Source of the DNA: the human T2T-CHM13v2.0 reference genome, Homo sapiens
DNA length: 64,000 nt
Direction: 5' to 3' (one strand)
Assembly (NCBI RefSeq): GCF_009914755.1
Contig: NC_060926.1
In this document: positions 50,490 to 64,000 of the stretch, piece by piece
Numbering within the stretch: the first letter of the stretch is position 1
Layout: each line of letters begins with the position of its first letter
The notes under the pieces: generated by a model
Databases searched by the model: none
Seen by the model: the letters and a program-made list of their open reading frames with translations, nothing else
What the model was told of the DNA's origin: nothing
Made by a program: the position numbers and the translations under genes

Positions 50490-51409
50490 TTAAATCCATC
50501 TACTTGCTTAGGTCTAACAAACCTTTACTCCTGGGATGTTTTAACAAGTCACAGAACCCATTGTAACTAGTGCACATCTGGTGATACAGGTGTTCTGGAT
50601 ATAAAACATCCCCAACTTATCTGGCCCAGGGATGTCATTTGCCAGAGCATCTCAAGTGCCTATTACAGTGATGGACATGTAGTAGGGACTGTAAAGTTGA
50701 ATAAATGAAAGCAAAGTTACCAAGTAAATGTAATCTCAAGAAATGCCAATTTTACCTTTTAAAAATACTGAATAGCATTTATTATAAAATCACAACCTGC
50801 ATAAACAGGGTATCACATTAATTTATTAATTATTTATTGGGTAAACACTAAGAGCTAGGTAATACTCTGGACAACTGGGCTGGGGCTATCAGTGAACAAG
50901 AGACAAATCACTACCCTTTTGGAGCTTTCATTTTATTCAGTAGTCAGGGAATACAAAATACGTAAGTAAACTGTGTCAGAAAAGAATAAATGCCATTGTA
51001 GAAGGAAAAATATAGAGGAGGAAAGAAGAGCCAGGCGTATCTGTATTTTTTAATAGGGTAGCCAGGACAGTTCCTTTTGAGCTAGGCTGTAACTGAACAA
51101 ACACCTGAAGGCATTAGCTATGAGATACTGGGAAAGGAAAGGGGCAAAAAGGGACTGATAGCGCAAGGGCCTAAGAGACACAAACCCAAGACTCCAGGTA
51201 CCACCGGAGGCTAACATGGCTGGAGTAGAGAGAGGGGTAGCAGTAAGGGAAGTCATGGCAGGAGGTGATGGGAGAGTACTACAGGAATTTGTAGGTTTTT
51301 ATAGAGATTAAATGTCACTTTACCAGACTGTTTTTAAGAATTTAAAAGCCTGAGAGGAAAAAAAATTCTCATAGCTATGGAAACCATCAAAGACCACTGA
51401 ATACATTCA

Positions 51410-53517
51410 AGCAAGTTTCAAATATTTTATTTTCTTATTCATACAGTATGAAGTTTTCTAAAGATCCCACAACATGACGTATCATGCAGAAGAAAAACTA
51501 AACATTCAACATAAACCATCCCCTCCCTTACCCACCCCCACACACAAACTAAAAAAAAAAAAAAAAAAAAAGAAAAAGAAAAAACCCTCATTCCCCGGTA
51601 AGGAAATAATGTTTACACTATTTTTCTGTAACGCCAGCCAAGATATGCACAAGCAAGAGAAATAGAAAGCATTTGCTAAAATATTTGTAACAAATACTTA
51701 TGTACAAAAAATTCACAAAAGGCTAGTTCCCCCTTGAAGCAGAGCACATGGCAGTTGACACTGGAACAGTTCAAACCACTGGCTGGGATTATAAGCCATG
51801 CCACTGATCCAGAGGAAGAAAGTTACATGTAGTGGAGATTTTCAGTCTGAACATTAACATTTCCAAAGTTTGGCAACATTATCTTTTAAAATTATGCAAA
51901 TTATGTAAACAAGAGGTACATTTTAAATTGATCTACATGCAAAACTCCATGTCATGCAAGGACACCAAGCACCGGGATTTTTCTCTCACAGACAGAGCCC
52001 ATGATGTGCAGCACTCAGTTGAAGGAACAGCGATGGCAGGCAGGTGTGCTCAATTTCAGATTGATTCACCTTGATTCAACCTGCCCTTTTCCACTGATTT
52101 TAAAACCAGTTTTTATAGAGAAACTATAAAGGGAAAGACTACTGTCATACAAAGCTAACCAAAATGTTTTTCTTCCAGCTAACAGTACCTTTGCAGAAAT
52201 GGGAAGGGATAAGATCAAACAGTAGAACATGATACACTACTTTTATATCACACAAATTTATTAAGTTATCCATTACCAATTATATGGGCAAATCAAGAAA
52301 AAAAAACCAGTATGCATGCTCTATCCCTCGTGGTAAAGAAATTTAAGTGGCATAAATTTGGATACAATTTTGCTCTTCTGTGGCATATAGATTAGCAAGA
52401 TTTCTCACACTTAAACCACAAATATATGTGGGTGTTTAGATACATACATGCATATTAAATATCACCAGTTTTTTAGATTAGCTGCAAGTCTTTTGAAACA
52501 AGGGAATTCATGATTCAAACACAAGTTTAATGACAAATTATTTACCCATGTAATCAAACAAATGGATATCCCTTATAAGTAGTTACATGATCACTTCAGG
52601 TATTCTTCAGTAAGTGATACATACAATCAATCATGATTGCCTCAGACAGCTTCTGGCCTTTATGTATAAAATCACAACTAGCACTTAACGTTACTGAGGG
52701 ACATTTAATAAATGCAATGGCTCCTAGTTACAAAGTAGCAGAATGAAGCAGCTATAAGCCCTGTGCAGTTACTATATGAACACAAGAACTAGCTCTTGGC
52801 AGTAGCAATGAACTAGACTTTCTCCTCAAGCAGAGGTGTATTAAAAGCTGCTCAGCAATGAGAAGTAGTCCCTGGATATATTCATAAGTATAAATAAAGT
52901 TACAGACTCCTTTGTTACAAAAATGTAATTAAGGTAAATAATAGGACGTTAACAAATGCTTTGTCAATCTCTCAAAGGAGAAAGCACAGGAAAAGGAAAA
53001 TAGCTGGCCTAACACCCGGCTCAAATTGTACAGTCTTCTATCTATATATAAAACTGTGTGAAATAAAAGTAAGGATGTTTTATGTTCTGCTTGGCACTTT
53101 TGTACTCTATTGTTTTGTTTCTGAATCAAGTATATTAAATTAAAGCCAACCTACTACATATATAGAAAGCTACATATATCTATATATAAATATTTACATA
53201 TGTATATATAGATACTTTCTTGTTATAAAAGATGAAGAAAAATAAATTAAAAAGCCAACCCCTTCCCTTTCTCCACCACATTGATATGCTCTTTTCATGT
53301 TGCTGTCCTTCAGACTTTAAAGTGCTACACTGAGTTATTGAGAGAATTACAGTTCAATAACACTTAGTTGGCTTCATGAGGCTCATGTTGGAAAATGTGG
53401 CTTCACAGAGAAAAATACTTCCATTTAAATACACAGAGAGCATTGCTGGACGTCTTGAGCAGATCTTCAGAGATGGAGAAGAAAGCAAAAGTGTTGGGTG
53501 GTACTCTCTGATAAGAG
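51410..53517 (-). other. PPP3R1: PPP3R1 3'UTR (~2.1 kb) ending near AATAAA at 51431-51426
   Basis: AU-rich stretch without recognisable interspersed repeats after the stop; canonical hexamer at the distal end. Confidence 0.75.
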
Positions 53518-53565
53518 TCACACATCTACCACCATCTTTTTGTGGATATCTAGGCCACCTACAAC
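53518..53565 (-). CDS. PPP3R1: PPP3R1 last exon coding part (VVGGLDIHKKMVVDV*)
   Basis: TTGCAG acceptor, TGA at 53520-53518; matches known calcineurin B C-terminus. Confidence 0.96.
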   Translation of the reverse strand, partial: VVGGLDIHKKMVVDV

Positions 53566-53827
53566 CTGCAACAGACAGGAACAAATCAAGCTTCACAGTG
53601 TCTGAGAAACTCCTCATTCGTGGTCTAACTACTTCATCAAATTTTAAAAAATATTACTAGGGGGCTGGGCGTGGTGGCTCACACCTGTAATCCCAGCACT
53701 TTGGAAGGCCAAGGCAGGTGGATCACAAGGTCAGGAGATCGAGACCATCCTGGCTAACACACGGTGAAACCTTGTCTCTACTAAAAAAATACAAAAACTT
53801 AGCCGGGTGTGGTGGCGTGTGCCTCTA

Positions 53828-53965
<138 letters not shown>

Positions 53966-56900
53966 TTACTTTAGCTATATTCAGAAGGTGAATTTAAAGA
54001 CACACAAAAAACCAAAACAACAAAACTTGAGTGACCTCCAGTTAGAATTTTCATGGTTTCTTTCTCCTAGGATAACAGGCATTACTTTTTGGGTGTTCTT
54101 GTACAAGGGCCAGTCTTGCAGGCTACATGTAGTTTCTTTCACATTTTCCTTTTTTTTTTTTTTTCAAAACAACACTTCAGGTAAAAACGATTCTTAGTTC
54201 AAAGACAGACATAAACAGGCTATGGGCAGGATCTGGTTTGCTCTGTAGTTTGCTGGCCCCTACTTCAGTAGTTTAATATCACACGATAACCAGATATTAT
54301 GACAAAAACTGTCCTCACAATCAAATATGCGTGTCACTCTCAGTCTGTTCTAGACAATTTAAAAAGTACCAAGTGAATAAACATGTCTGTATATTATTTT
54401 TCTGTAGAGTCAAATACATGTAGTCATACACATCTCAGTGAATACTGACATGGTAATGTGTAAGTGTAGTATCTGTATCATTTGGGGGGAATGTTTTATT
54501 ACATTTAATCTACATAAAGAGAATGCATAGGTCATAAATGTCCACAGTTTGATGAATTTTCACAAAGTAAACACCCAATAACCAGCACCCAGATCTTCCA
54601 GTCACCAGACATCTCCCCTCCTCCAACCCCCCCCTCCCCCCACCACACACACACGACCAGTAGCTACTATTTTCTGTTTCTGTACATTTTATAAATGGAA
54701 TCTCTTTCGTGTCTAGCTTCTCTCAATTTTATGCTTGTGAGATTAATCCATGTTGTTATGTGTATTTGTTATCTGTATTATTTTTAAATTCAAACTAAAA
54801 AAATAGTCCCTTTATTTGAAAACTAAAGCATAAAGTGCCAACGAATTCTACAACTCCTGCTGTGGGAAAAAAAGCAGTTTGTCACCCTGCCCTCATTCTC
54901 TATTTGCTTTTATGCAGTGGCAATAATTTAAAGTTTTCAGCTGACTTGCACTATTTACCTCCAGGTCTCTTAAGATTTTTAGCTTTCACATACTTCTCTT
55001 CCCTCTATCTCCTACCCTACACACTTCACAAACTCTGTACCATTCCAATGGCTTTATCTTTATTTTCATCAGAAATTCAGCATTTTTCAGCCAGGTGCGG
55101 TGTCTCACGCCTGTAATCCCAGCACTTTGGGAGGCTGAGGTGGGCAGATCACTTGAGGTCAGGAGTTCAAGACCGGCCTGACCAACATGGTGAAACCAGG
55201 TCTCTAATACTTAAAAAAAAAAAAAAAAAAGATTAGGCGGCATGACTCCAGCCTGGGCAACAAACTGAGGCAACACTCCCTCTCAAAAAAAAAAAAAAAA
55301 TCAGCATTTTTCATTGTTATAACTATACAATACAGATAAACAGAACTATGTATTATGATTACTTTTTCTTTCCTGCACATTTGTTTGGTACACAGTTAAT
55401 TCCTTTGCTGGGTGTTCTATGTAATTATAATTCAACCCCTAACTTTTGTTCTAAATACATTCAACTAAAAATATTATGTAATTCTATCAATTTTATTGTC
55501 TTGAAAGCACTCTTTGAGCCTTCCAACCTGCTGCACTCTAGACTTTTTGTCTCCAGGCCTGTCATCTCTGGCGCTCTTCATCATATTGGGGATCCTCCCT
55601 CTCACCATGCTGGACCCTCTGCTTCCTGGATCCTACACTCTCTACTTGTTTGATTTATGACCTTATTGCAGTGGGAGCACATCCTCCAGTAGTTTCCAAA
55701 ATGAGAAGGCCTTACATACCTAAAAGTGTCTTTCTACTACCATTTGAGTGTATAGAGAATTTTAAGTTGGAAATAACTGTCCCTCAGAATTGCACAGGCA
55801 AAATGCTCCATGTTCTTGTGGGTTTCCCACACTGCTACTAAGAAATCTGGTGCCATTATGACTCCTGGTTGTTTATATGAAGCCCTTCTCCCAGCACTCC
55901 ACCCTACCACCCCAGCTCTTTGGAAATCTGCAGAACCAGTTATTTGTTCCCACTGTCTCAAAATTTCATGACAGTGTGCCCAGGTCCAGATTATTTTTAC
56001 AGACTATGCTAGATGCTCCATAAGCCCTCTCAGAAAACATATTATTTTTGGCTTTGGAGTATTTTCTTGATTCATTTTTGATTATTTATTTCCCTCCATT
56101 TTCCTTCTGGAATCCTGGCATTCGGGTGTTACAACTCCAAAAATAGGTATGTAAAATTACATTCCCAAGAGCTTTTTTATATATTATCCAACTTTTGTTT
56201 CAAAAATTCAATATACAATATCCCCAAGGATAATGACAGGTTTCAGTTTTCCTTTTAAAATTTTTACTGGTCTTGTCTAATCTGTTTGTTTTGAACTTAT
56301 TTTTTTGGACCTGGTTTCATCTTTATATTCCATACACAGAGGTTTCCTTCAGTGTTTGGTGAGATCCTTGGCTTTGCTTCTGTAGAAAGGGCACTGGAAC
56401 TCTGGGTGAATGATGGGGCTGTTAAGTGAGAGCTATACTTTGAATGATCTGGTAGCACCATTTCTTTGGGGAGATAAGATTTCCTAAAGAGGGCTCTTTC
56501 CCATCTCTTACCTAGACAGTGTAAGTCCAGCTGCTAGGGAGTCAGGAAGTCAGGTACAGAACAAGGGCACAGATGCCAATATGCAAATATGCTTACTGCC
56601 ACTTAGCTCCCCAACACATATACCTCATCTCTGCCTCATGTTTCCCAGCCTAGAGACTCTCCCCAATCTCTTGATAGGGTGCAGGAGAGAGAGCTGTCCA
56701 GGGGAACAGAGTAGGGAAGGCGATCTTGTGTGTTCCAGTTCCTTCTTAAAACAGACTTTAACCAGTCTTTCTGTTTTTAGCCTCACTTTCATCCTCACTT
56801 CCAGTTGCTTGTGCCATCAATTTCTGAGCCTTTCACGGATTCTCCATTATAACCCAGCTTGTTTCTCAGATTTCCAAGCTGATAAAGCTTAGAATCATTC

Positions 56901-57954
56901 TGCTAGGTTAGTTAACCATTCAACTTTCTAAACGTTCTAAATTACCAAATTTAGATGCTGTCTCTTCTCTGCTCTTCATTTTTGTCCTTGTGAGTACATA
57001 ACCCTTTCTAATTCATTGCATTTTATTGGAGTTTGGGGAGGAGGTAAAAATAAATTATACATGGGTTCAATACACCAACTTTAAGCCTGTCACTAATCAT
57101 CTGTAAGAATTATTTGTATACATTAAGTACTCTGAAAATTTTAAAGTACATATATAGTATGCAATCTTTTAAAATAACTTCCAATCTTTCACTGTTATAG
57201 CTTGAGAAGTCAACATAAAAAGAACTCAATGAAGCCAGTTACAAGCGCTTGATCAATGTTTAGAAAAGTTGGTTTTAAAAACACAACGAACATTTTTCTC
57301 CACTCGTAAACTATGCCCCTTAAAAATACAAGCAAAAAGCAACTGATTACAAATACTGGTGGCCAGACACAGTGGCTCGTGCCTGTAATCCCAATGCTTT
57401 GGAAGGCTGAAATGGGACGATCGCTTGAAGCTAGGAGCTGGAGACCAGCCTGGGCAACATAGCGAGACCCCTGTCTACAAAAACTTAAAAATGGGCCAGG
57501 CGCAGTGGCTCACGCCTATAATCCCAGCACTTTGGGAGGCCAAGGCAGGTGGATCACAAGGTCAGAAGATCGAGACCATCCTGGCCAACATGGTGAAACT
57601 CCATCTCTATTAAAAATACAAAAATTAGCTGGGCCTGGTGGCATGTGCCTGTAATCCCAGCTACTCAAGAGGCTGAGGCAGGAAAATCACTCGAACCAGG
57701 GAGTCGGAGGTTGCAGTGAGCCAAGACTCTGCCATTTCACTCCAGCCTGGTGACAGAGTGAGACTCCGTTTCAAAAAAAAAAAAAAAGAAAGCTTAAAAA
57801 TAAACTAAAATAAATATTGGAAAATAAACTCGAAACTTAGCTTATGTCTTCAATATAGATAACAGCATTATTTCTATATATAAAAGATATATTTTAATTT
57901 CCTTCCACTGATGTGATATACTTATTACATTTTATATTTGCTAAATGCAAGTAA

Positions 57955-58081
57955 TCTTCATTTATATATTATATTTATATATTTATATTTCTTATATTTA
58001 TATTATATTTATAATTTATATATTATATATATGTAAAATATACATAAGATATATACATTTTATTTATATATATATATATAT
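57955..58081. repeat. AT-rich low-complexity / (TA)n tract
   Basis: Direct read. Confidence 0.9.
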
Positions 58082-58295
58082 CTCCCCTCTTCCAATACCA
58101 TTGAAGCCAAGAATTTTCCATTTATTTTATTCCCCTAAGGCTTAGAATTTCTCCTTTCCTTCTTTTGAAAACTGGCTGCTATTTATGATGGCACAACCAG
58201 CCTGGTCTCATGTCACACTCCACCAAATGCCAGTTCACAGTGACCCTTGGCAATGGTGAAGGAGGTAAAACGGAAGGGACAGAAATGGCTTGCGG

Positions 58296-58311
58296 TAGCG
58301 CCCCCTGGGGG
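58296..58311 (-). promoter_or_regulatory. Candidate CTCF site
   Basis: Minus strand CCCCCAGGGGGCGCTA, one mismatch to core CCACCAGGGGGCGCTA, isolated in an AT-rich intron. Confidence 0.65.
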
Positions 58312-59022
58312 TAGTTCAGTGTCTTAAACGTCTCAAACCCATCTAACTCTTCCAAAAAAAGACGCAGTCTATTCTTTACAGTGCCACCCCACTTTTTGAA
58401 AACATAATAAAAAGATGGTTTTTGCTTAAGGATAATATGAACTTCTACTTAAAGGTCAAAGTAGCTACACTTCAGTTCTCACATAACACACAACTATCAA
58501 AATCACTTGTTTTTCCTTATATGATTTACATTTAAAAATAAAAAGGAGGAAGAAAATCTTTCTATGGAAGCATCCAATCATTACTGACAGAAAAATTTCA
58601 AAACTTTGTTATCTTTGCCTCTACTCTGGATGCTCTAGTTTTCTCTAGTATCTCTAGCTTGCAGTTTAAAATCCTTGTAACACATCAAAAAGCCTACTCT
58701 CTGTTTTTAGGGCATAAGTAGAGAAGAGAAGCTAAGTGGTTGTGGTTGTGCTTCTGTTCAGAAGCAATGAGTGATTAAATGAACCTTAAGAGTATAACCT
58801 AGTTGTAATTTGAGAGGCTACCAACAATAAGTAAAGTAGTATCCTTGGGAATAATAATTGTTAATAATTACAATGAAGAACACATTTCAAAACAATACGG
58901 GCAATTAGGAAAAATCAAATACTTAAGTTTTTAGGACAAAATATGGAAATTCTCTATTAAGTGGTTTTTAAAATATGTTGCTGAAACATAACTAACGGAA
59001 GAACCAGCTCTTTTGTACTTAC

Positions 59023-59207
59023 AGCACAGAATTCTTCAAAGGATATTCTTCCATCTCCATCCTTATCTGCATTTATTATGGTTTTGTCTACAATTTGCTG
59101 TAACTGTGTATCTTTCAGATTGTTCCCCACCATCATCTTCAATACCTGGAAGAGTTCCCCATTGGAAATATAGCCATCTTTATCCATGTCATAGATACGG
59201 AAAGCAA
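59023..59207 (-). CDS. PPP3R1: PPP3R1 penultimate exon, EF-hands 3-4
   Basis: [17 protein letters not shown]...[15 protein letters not shown]; 185 nt; GCT|GTAAGT donor, phase 0. Confidence 0.97.
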
Positions 59208-59809
59208 CTAAAAAAAAGGAAGGAAAATCAATTCCAATTACAAAGCAATCACAAGTAAATGCTTTCAGTAAGAAAGAAAATAGTAAACTGACAAACATCA
59301 AAATTATGACTATGAGGATGTCTCCTTCCTTAAAATAGAGTTGTCCTTAGGCACAGTTTAACATAGTTGGTTAAACGTACGGGCTTTTGAGACTGCCTGA
59401 GCAGATTTGGTGGAGCTTAGAGTAGGTTAACTATCCCTGCTAAGCTTCAGTTTCTACACAGATAAAACTGGATATAGTAACAACTCCAACCTCTCCGGTT
59501 CTTTAGAACATTTCTTCCCACTTTCACTAAAAAAATCTCTTCTCTAAATTACATATGTAGTTTTACATGGCTGTTTTCAGCAGAAAGAAACTGTTTTCCT
59601 TCTATCCAACTAAAAGCAGCAATGACACATTATTCAAATATAGTAGTTGGAAATGTCCTAAAAGGATTTTCACCAGAATGTAAAATTTCAGTTATGTCTA
59701 AGGATCTGGAATAAAAGACATCTTTTTCATTATTTTAAAAAGCATTCTATAATACAGTATGAAATGATGGTAGTATAAGAGAATGAAGTCAGTGAAGAAA
59801 AATACTTAC

Positions 59810-59869
59810 ACCTCAATTTCTGCTCCTTATCTCCTTTGACACTGAACTGAGAGACGCCCTCAATGAATT
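59810..59869 (-). CDS. PPP3R1: PPP3R1 internal exon (EFIEGVSQFSVKGDKEQKLRF)
   Basis: TTCAG acceptor, T|GTAAGT donor, 60 nt, phase 1->1. Confidence 0.95.
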
Positions 59870-61068
59870 CTGAATAAGAGTTAAAAATGTTCACAAATCA
59901 GAACTTCCAATTTTTTACACAAAAAACATATTTACCTTACATACCCACAAAAGGATATTTCCTTGCTGCAAAACAGAAGTACTACTAGCAACGTTTAAAA
60001 ATAAAATTGCCAAATTTGAAACCTCAACAAACAAGGTCTCTCTGTATTTTTTTTATTTGAACTTGGAGTTCTCTAAGGTCAATCAATTTGAACAAACATT
60101 TGTTAAGTGCAAGATAAAAGAACACTCAAAACATATTATTTAAGTTGTTTAACTCTTCCCTCTTAGAATATGACTGTAACAAGGGGCTTTAAAAAAAAAC
60201 CCACTATAAATTGTTCTGACACACACAAAAAACTTTAGCCTTCTGTTTCAAAATTGTGAATCAAATATGCTGTTAGAAGTTTCATGACAAATGATCATTT
60301 TTCTTCACTGCCTGATAAGCACTAAATCATAATCAGTTTTATATCCCTCCACTTATAATTGTCCAAACTAAAATAAAATCTATTGACAAATCCCTTGTGA
60401 AATGTTTATTTACTTGTTAAAACAAACAAAAAAAAAAACTGGCTTGGCGCGGTGGCTCATGCCTGTAATCCCAGCATTTTGGGAGGTTGAGGCACGTGGA
60501 TCACTTGAGGTCAGGAGTTCGAGACCACAGCCTGGCCAACATGGTGAAATCTCGTTTTTACTAAAAATACAAAAATTAGCCAGGTGTGGTGGCACATGCC
60601 TGTAATCCCAGCTACTCAAGAGGCTGAGACAGGAGAATTGCTTGAACTCAGGAGGCGGAGGCTGCAGTGAGCCGAGATTATACCACCACATTCCAGCCTG
60701 GGCAAAAGAGCGAGACTCCATCTCAAAAAAATTAAATAAATAAATAAAAGGAATTGCAGCTTCTAATGTATATAAGAATATACAGTATTGCCCTAAAGTG
60801 AGATTAATTTTCTAAAAAGAAAGGAAATACTGAGTCCCCCCTGCTTTTTGGTAGATTATCCTAAAGAATGACTTAATCATTTATGAACCACAGAGTAAAA
60901 TGTCCTAGTTCATTAAGGTGTATATGCCACAGACGCTGAGGTTTTAACATAATCTATTATTGTAAGGTCACTAGGAATATAAGCACTTTTTTTTTTTTTT
61001 TACACAGAGCTGTAAGAATACAAATAGGTTAGATAACTTGTGGTTATAAAAAATAACTACTTTCTTAC

Positions 61069-61245
61069 CTTTAAAGTCTACTTCTCCATTCCCATCTGTG
61101 TCGAATATATCTATTACTCGCTGTACTAAAGGATTCTGTTGTAACTCAGGCAGAGACATGAACTCTTCCACACTCAAAGAACCAGAATTGTCCAAATCAA
61201 GCTTCTTAAATCTCTTTCCTAGCCTTTTAATTTCATCCGCATCAA
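61069..61245 (-). CDS. PPP3R1: PPP3R1 (calcineurin B type 1) internal exon, EF-hands 1-2
   Basis: [27 protein letters not shown]...[11 protein letters not shown]; TTTAG acceptor, G|GTAAGA donor, 177 nt; upstream exons lie outside the window. Confidence 0.97.
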
Positions 61246-62303
61246 CTAAAAGCAAACAAAAAAGGAAGCAAGAATTTTTTAAAAATGTTCCCAAATCCTT
61301 TCTAATGGGCAGTAGCAAGATTTTAAAAAAAATTTTAATAGTTATAGGGGGGAAAAAAAATCTAACAGTTATCCAATAGTTTAATTTCCAATTTGATAAA
61401 AAGAGGTATATATTATGTTAACTAATTTATTCTAATAGAGTAAGTACAGCATAAATACTTGTATTTGGTTACCTTTCTGTTTGTTTGCACCTGCCATTAC
61501 ATACATCCGCTGTATGCTGAGTCTCAAGATATTCCAGGCCGGATAATGCTAAGCTGATCATGGAGGTCACAAAAGATTATTTCAGGACTGACAATGCTAA
61601 GCTGATCACGGAGGTTCTACCAGACAGGTTCAATCAACCTCTGTTCTGTAAACCGAAGTACTTTCATTTTCATTTTTCTTGTTAAATTTTAATTTACTTT
61701 ATTTCTAATAGTTCATGACTCAAAAATTCAAAGGGTATTCAAAATTCAAAGTTTCCCTCCCTTCCCACCCCGAGATATCCATTTCCTTTCTCTGAAAGCA
61801 ACGTTGCCAGTTTCCTAAATATTCTTCCAGAGATACTTTGCAAGTTTGAGCAAATAAGCCAGTTTTTACTTAACAACCAAATAGCTAACAAAATTCACTT
61901 ATCAACACTTTAAAAGAGAAAGAATAACTAAAAAGAAATGTTTACATTAGTTTGTAAGTAATCCATAAAAATTCAGTGTCAGGTCTCTTATATAAATTCT
62001 TGAAACAACAGGTTTAAGCTATTTTCTTCTAAATTACATCATTTTCATTCCTTTAAAATATCTGACTAATACACATAAGTAATTTTGATCATGACTTTAT
62101 AGAAATAATTACAAATATATTTTTTAAATTAAATACAACGGGCCAGGCGCAATGGCTCACGCTTGTAATCCCAGCACTTTGGGAGGCCAATGTGGGCAGA
62201 TTACTAGAGGTCAGGAGTTACAGACCAGCCTGGCCAACATGGTAAAAACCCCACTTCTACTAAAAATACAAAAATAAGCCGGGCATGGTGGCACGCACCT
62301 CTA

Positions 62304-62429
<126 letters not shown>

Positions 62430-62806
62430 TTAAAAATAAAAATAAATTAAATACAACAACTTTTAAAAAGAAAATTAAGAAGGCAAATGTTATACTGCCC
62501 ATGAGTATATATGTATTATGGCCCACAACACTAGAAAAGAGTACAAATACAAGCTGTTTTGACAGCTTAAATATATGGCATCCTCACTGTAAGAACTTAA
62601 AAATTAAAGCATATATTTTAAATATAAATTATATTAAAATAGAACTATATACTATCAAAGTAAAAACTACAGCTACAAGATGGTGTTCTAATATGAATTA
62701 GTTCACACGTAATTCGTAAAGAGGAAGGAGAGTAGTATTGTCAGTAATCATGGAAATTTCACTGGTTCACAGGGATTTTTCACAGTAAAGGATCAGGGCA
62801 AGTTTC

Positions 62807-62839
<33 letters not shown>

Positions 62840-62900
62840 CCGGGTGCAGTGGCTCACGCCTGTAATCCTAGCACTTCAGGAGGCCAAGGCGGGTGGATCA

Positions 62901-63119
<219 letters not shown>

Positions 63120-63696
63120 TCAAAAAACAAACAAAAAAAACCCCTCAATATATGAAGACCTTAAGAAAACAATAGTGAAGAGGTGCTTTCCTTTAGAGAA
63201 AACAAGTTTAGGGGCTTTAAGAACCTCAAGTCTTTCTAAAATTGTTATGTTGTCTGGTGAAAACTAAGGACACAGATGAAGTTGTGAAGACAATTTCTTT
63301 TGTTTTTATGCTCCCCCTCACCCCCACAACTATTAATAAAGGTAGGCATACATTGGCTCACTACTGAATTTTAGAAAAGTAGTTTCTACTAAAGCAAATA
63401 ACTTCAACCTGCACCATACCTTAAAAGAAGCACAAGTCCCCGTTTAAGGCTCATAAGTGATGGGCTATGGTGTTTCATTTGTACAGTTAATTTGTACTTG
63501 CATTTTTAAGATCATTACTGTTTATGTTAATACTCTGTTACAAACAAAGCTGCATAATTTGAATGGTCTACTCTATCCATATTTTTCCCAGATGTGATTT
63601 CATGGCATCTGAGGTTTTCTAGAACACATGTATCAGAAATGCTGTGATGAAAAATTTATGTAAATACTGCTGCAAACACCAAAATACACATACAGT

Positions 63697-64000
63697 CAGT
63701 CATGAGTCACTTAACGATGGGGTTACACTGAGAAACACATCATTAGATTTCATCATTGTATGAACATCAGAGTGTACTTACACAAACCTATGTGGGACAG
63801 CCTACTACACACCCAGGCTATATGGTCCAGCCTATTGCTCCTAGGCTACAAAATCTGTACAGCATCTTACTGTACTGAATACTGTAGGCAATTGTAACAC
63901 AATGCTAAATATCTGTGTATCTGAACATATCTAAACATTCAAAAGGTACAGTAAAAGTATAGTATGAAAATTTTACTTAAATGGTACACCTGTATAGGGC
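63697..64000 (+). mobile_element. Tigger3-family element, runs off the window
   Basis: CAGTCATG.GTCACTTAACGATGGGG start; CCTACTACACACCCAGGCTATATGG. Confidence 0.8.

Noticed and set aside
53354-53660. ORFs overlapping the PPP3R1 last exon
   Set aside because: Off-frame or antisense to the true 16-codon coding segment

Overview
Primate (almost certainly human) genomic DNA; I recognise the locus from the protein sequences as WDR92/DNAAF10 - PNO1 - PPP3R1 (chr2p14 from memory). Hand-splicing gives two complete genes and one partial gene, all with GT-AG introns and consistent phases. WDR92/DNAAF10 is on the minus strand (8 coding exons, 29993->3788, 1074 nt, 357 aa). PNO1 is on the plus strand (7 exons, 30485->47357, 759 nt, 252 aa) and lies head-to-head with WDR92 across a ~490-bp CpG-island promoter. 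The last four exons and ~2.1-kb 3'UTR of PPP3R1 (calcineurin B1, minus strand) converge on PNO1. The rest is intronic or intergenic: roughly 45 Alus, MaLR and ERV1 LTRs, old L1 and L2 pieces, and Tigger-family DNA transposons including a near full-length Tigger2. Most ORF-track entries are Alu or chance frames. I see no convincing undescribed biological system. The best second-look items are a perfect RFX X-box inside WDR92 coding exon 1, a donor site whose skipping creates an immediate stop, phase compatibility for a PPP3R1-WDR92 read-through fusion, a competing PTC-producing acceptor in PNO1, a chimeric AluYa5 and a nested transposon stack. Repeat family names and boundaries are by eye and approximate.
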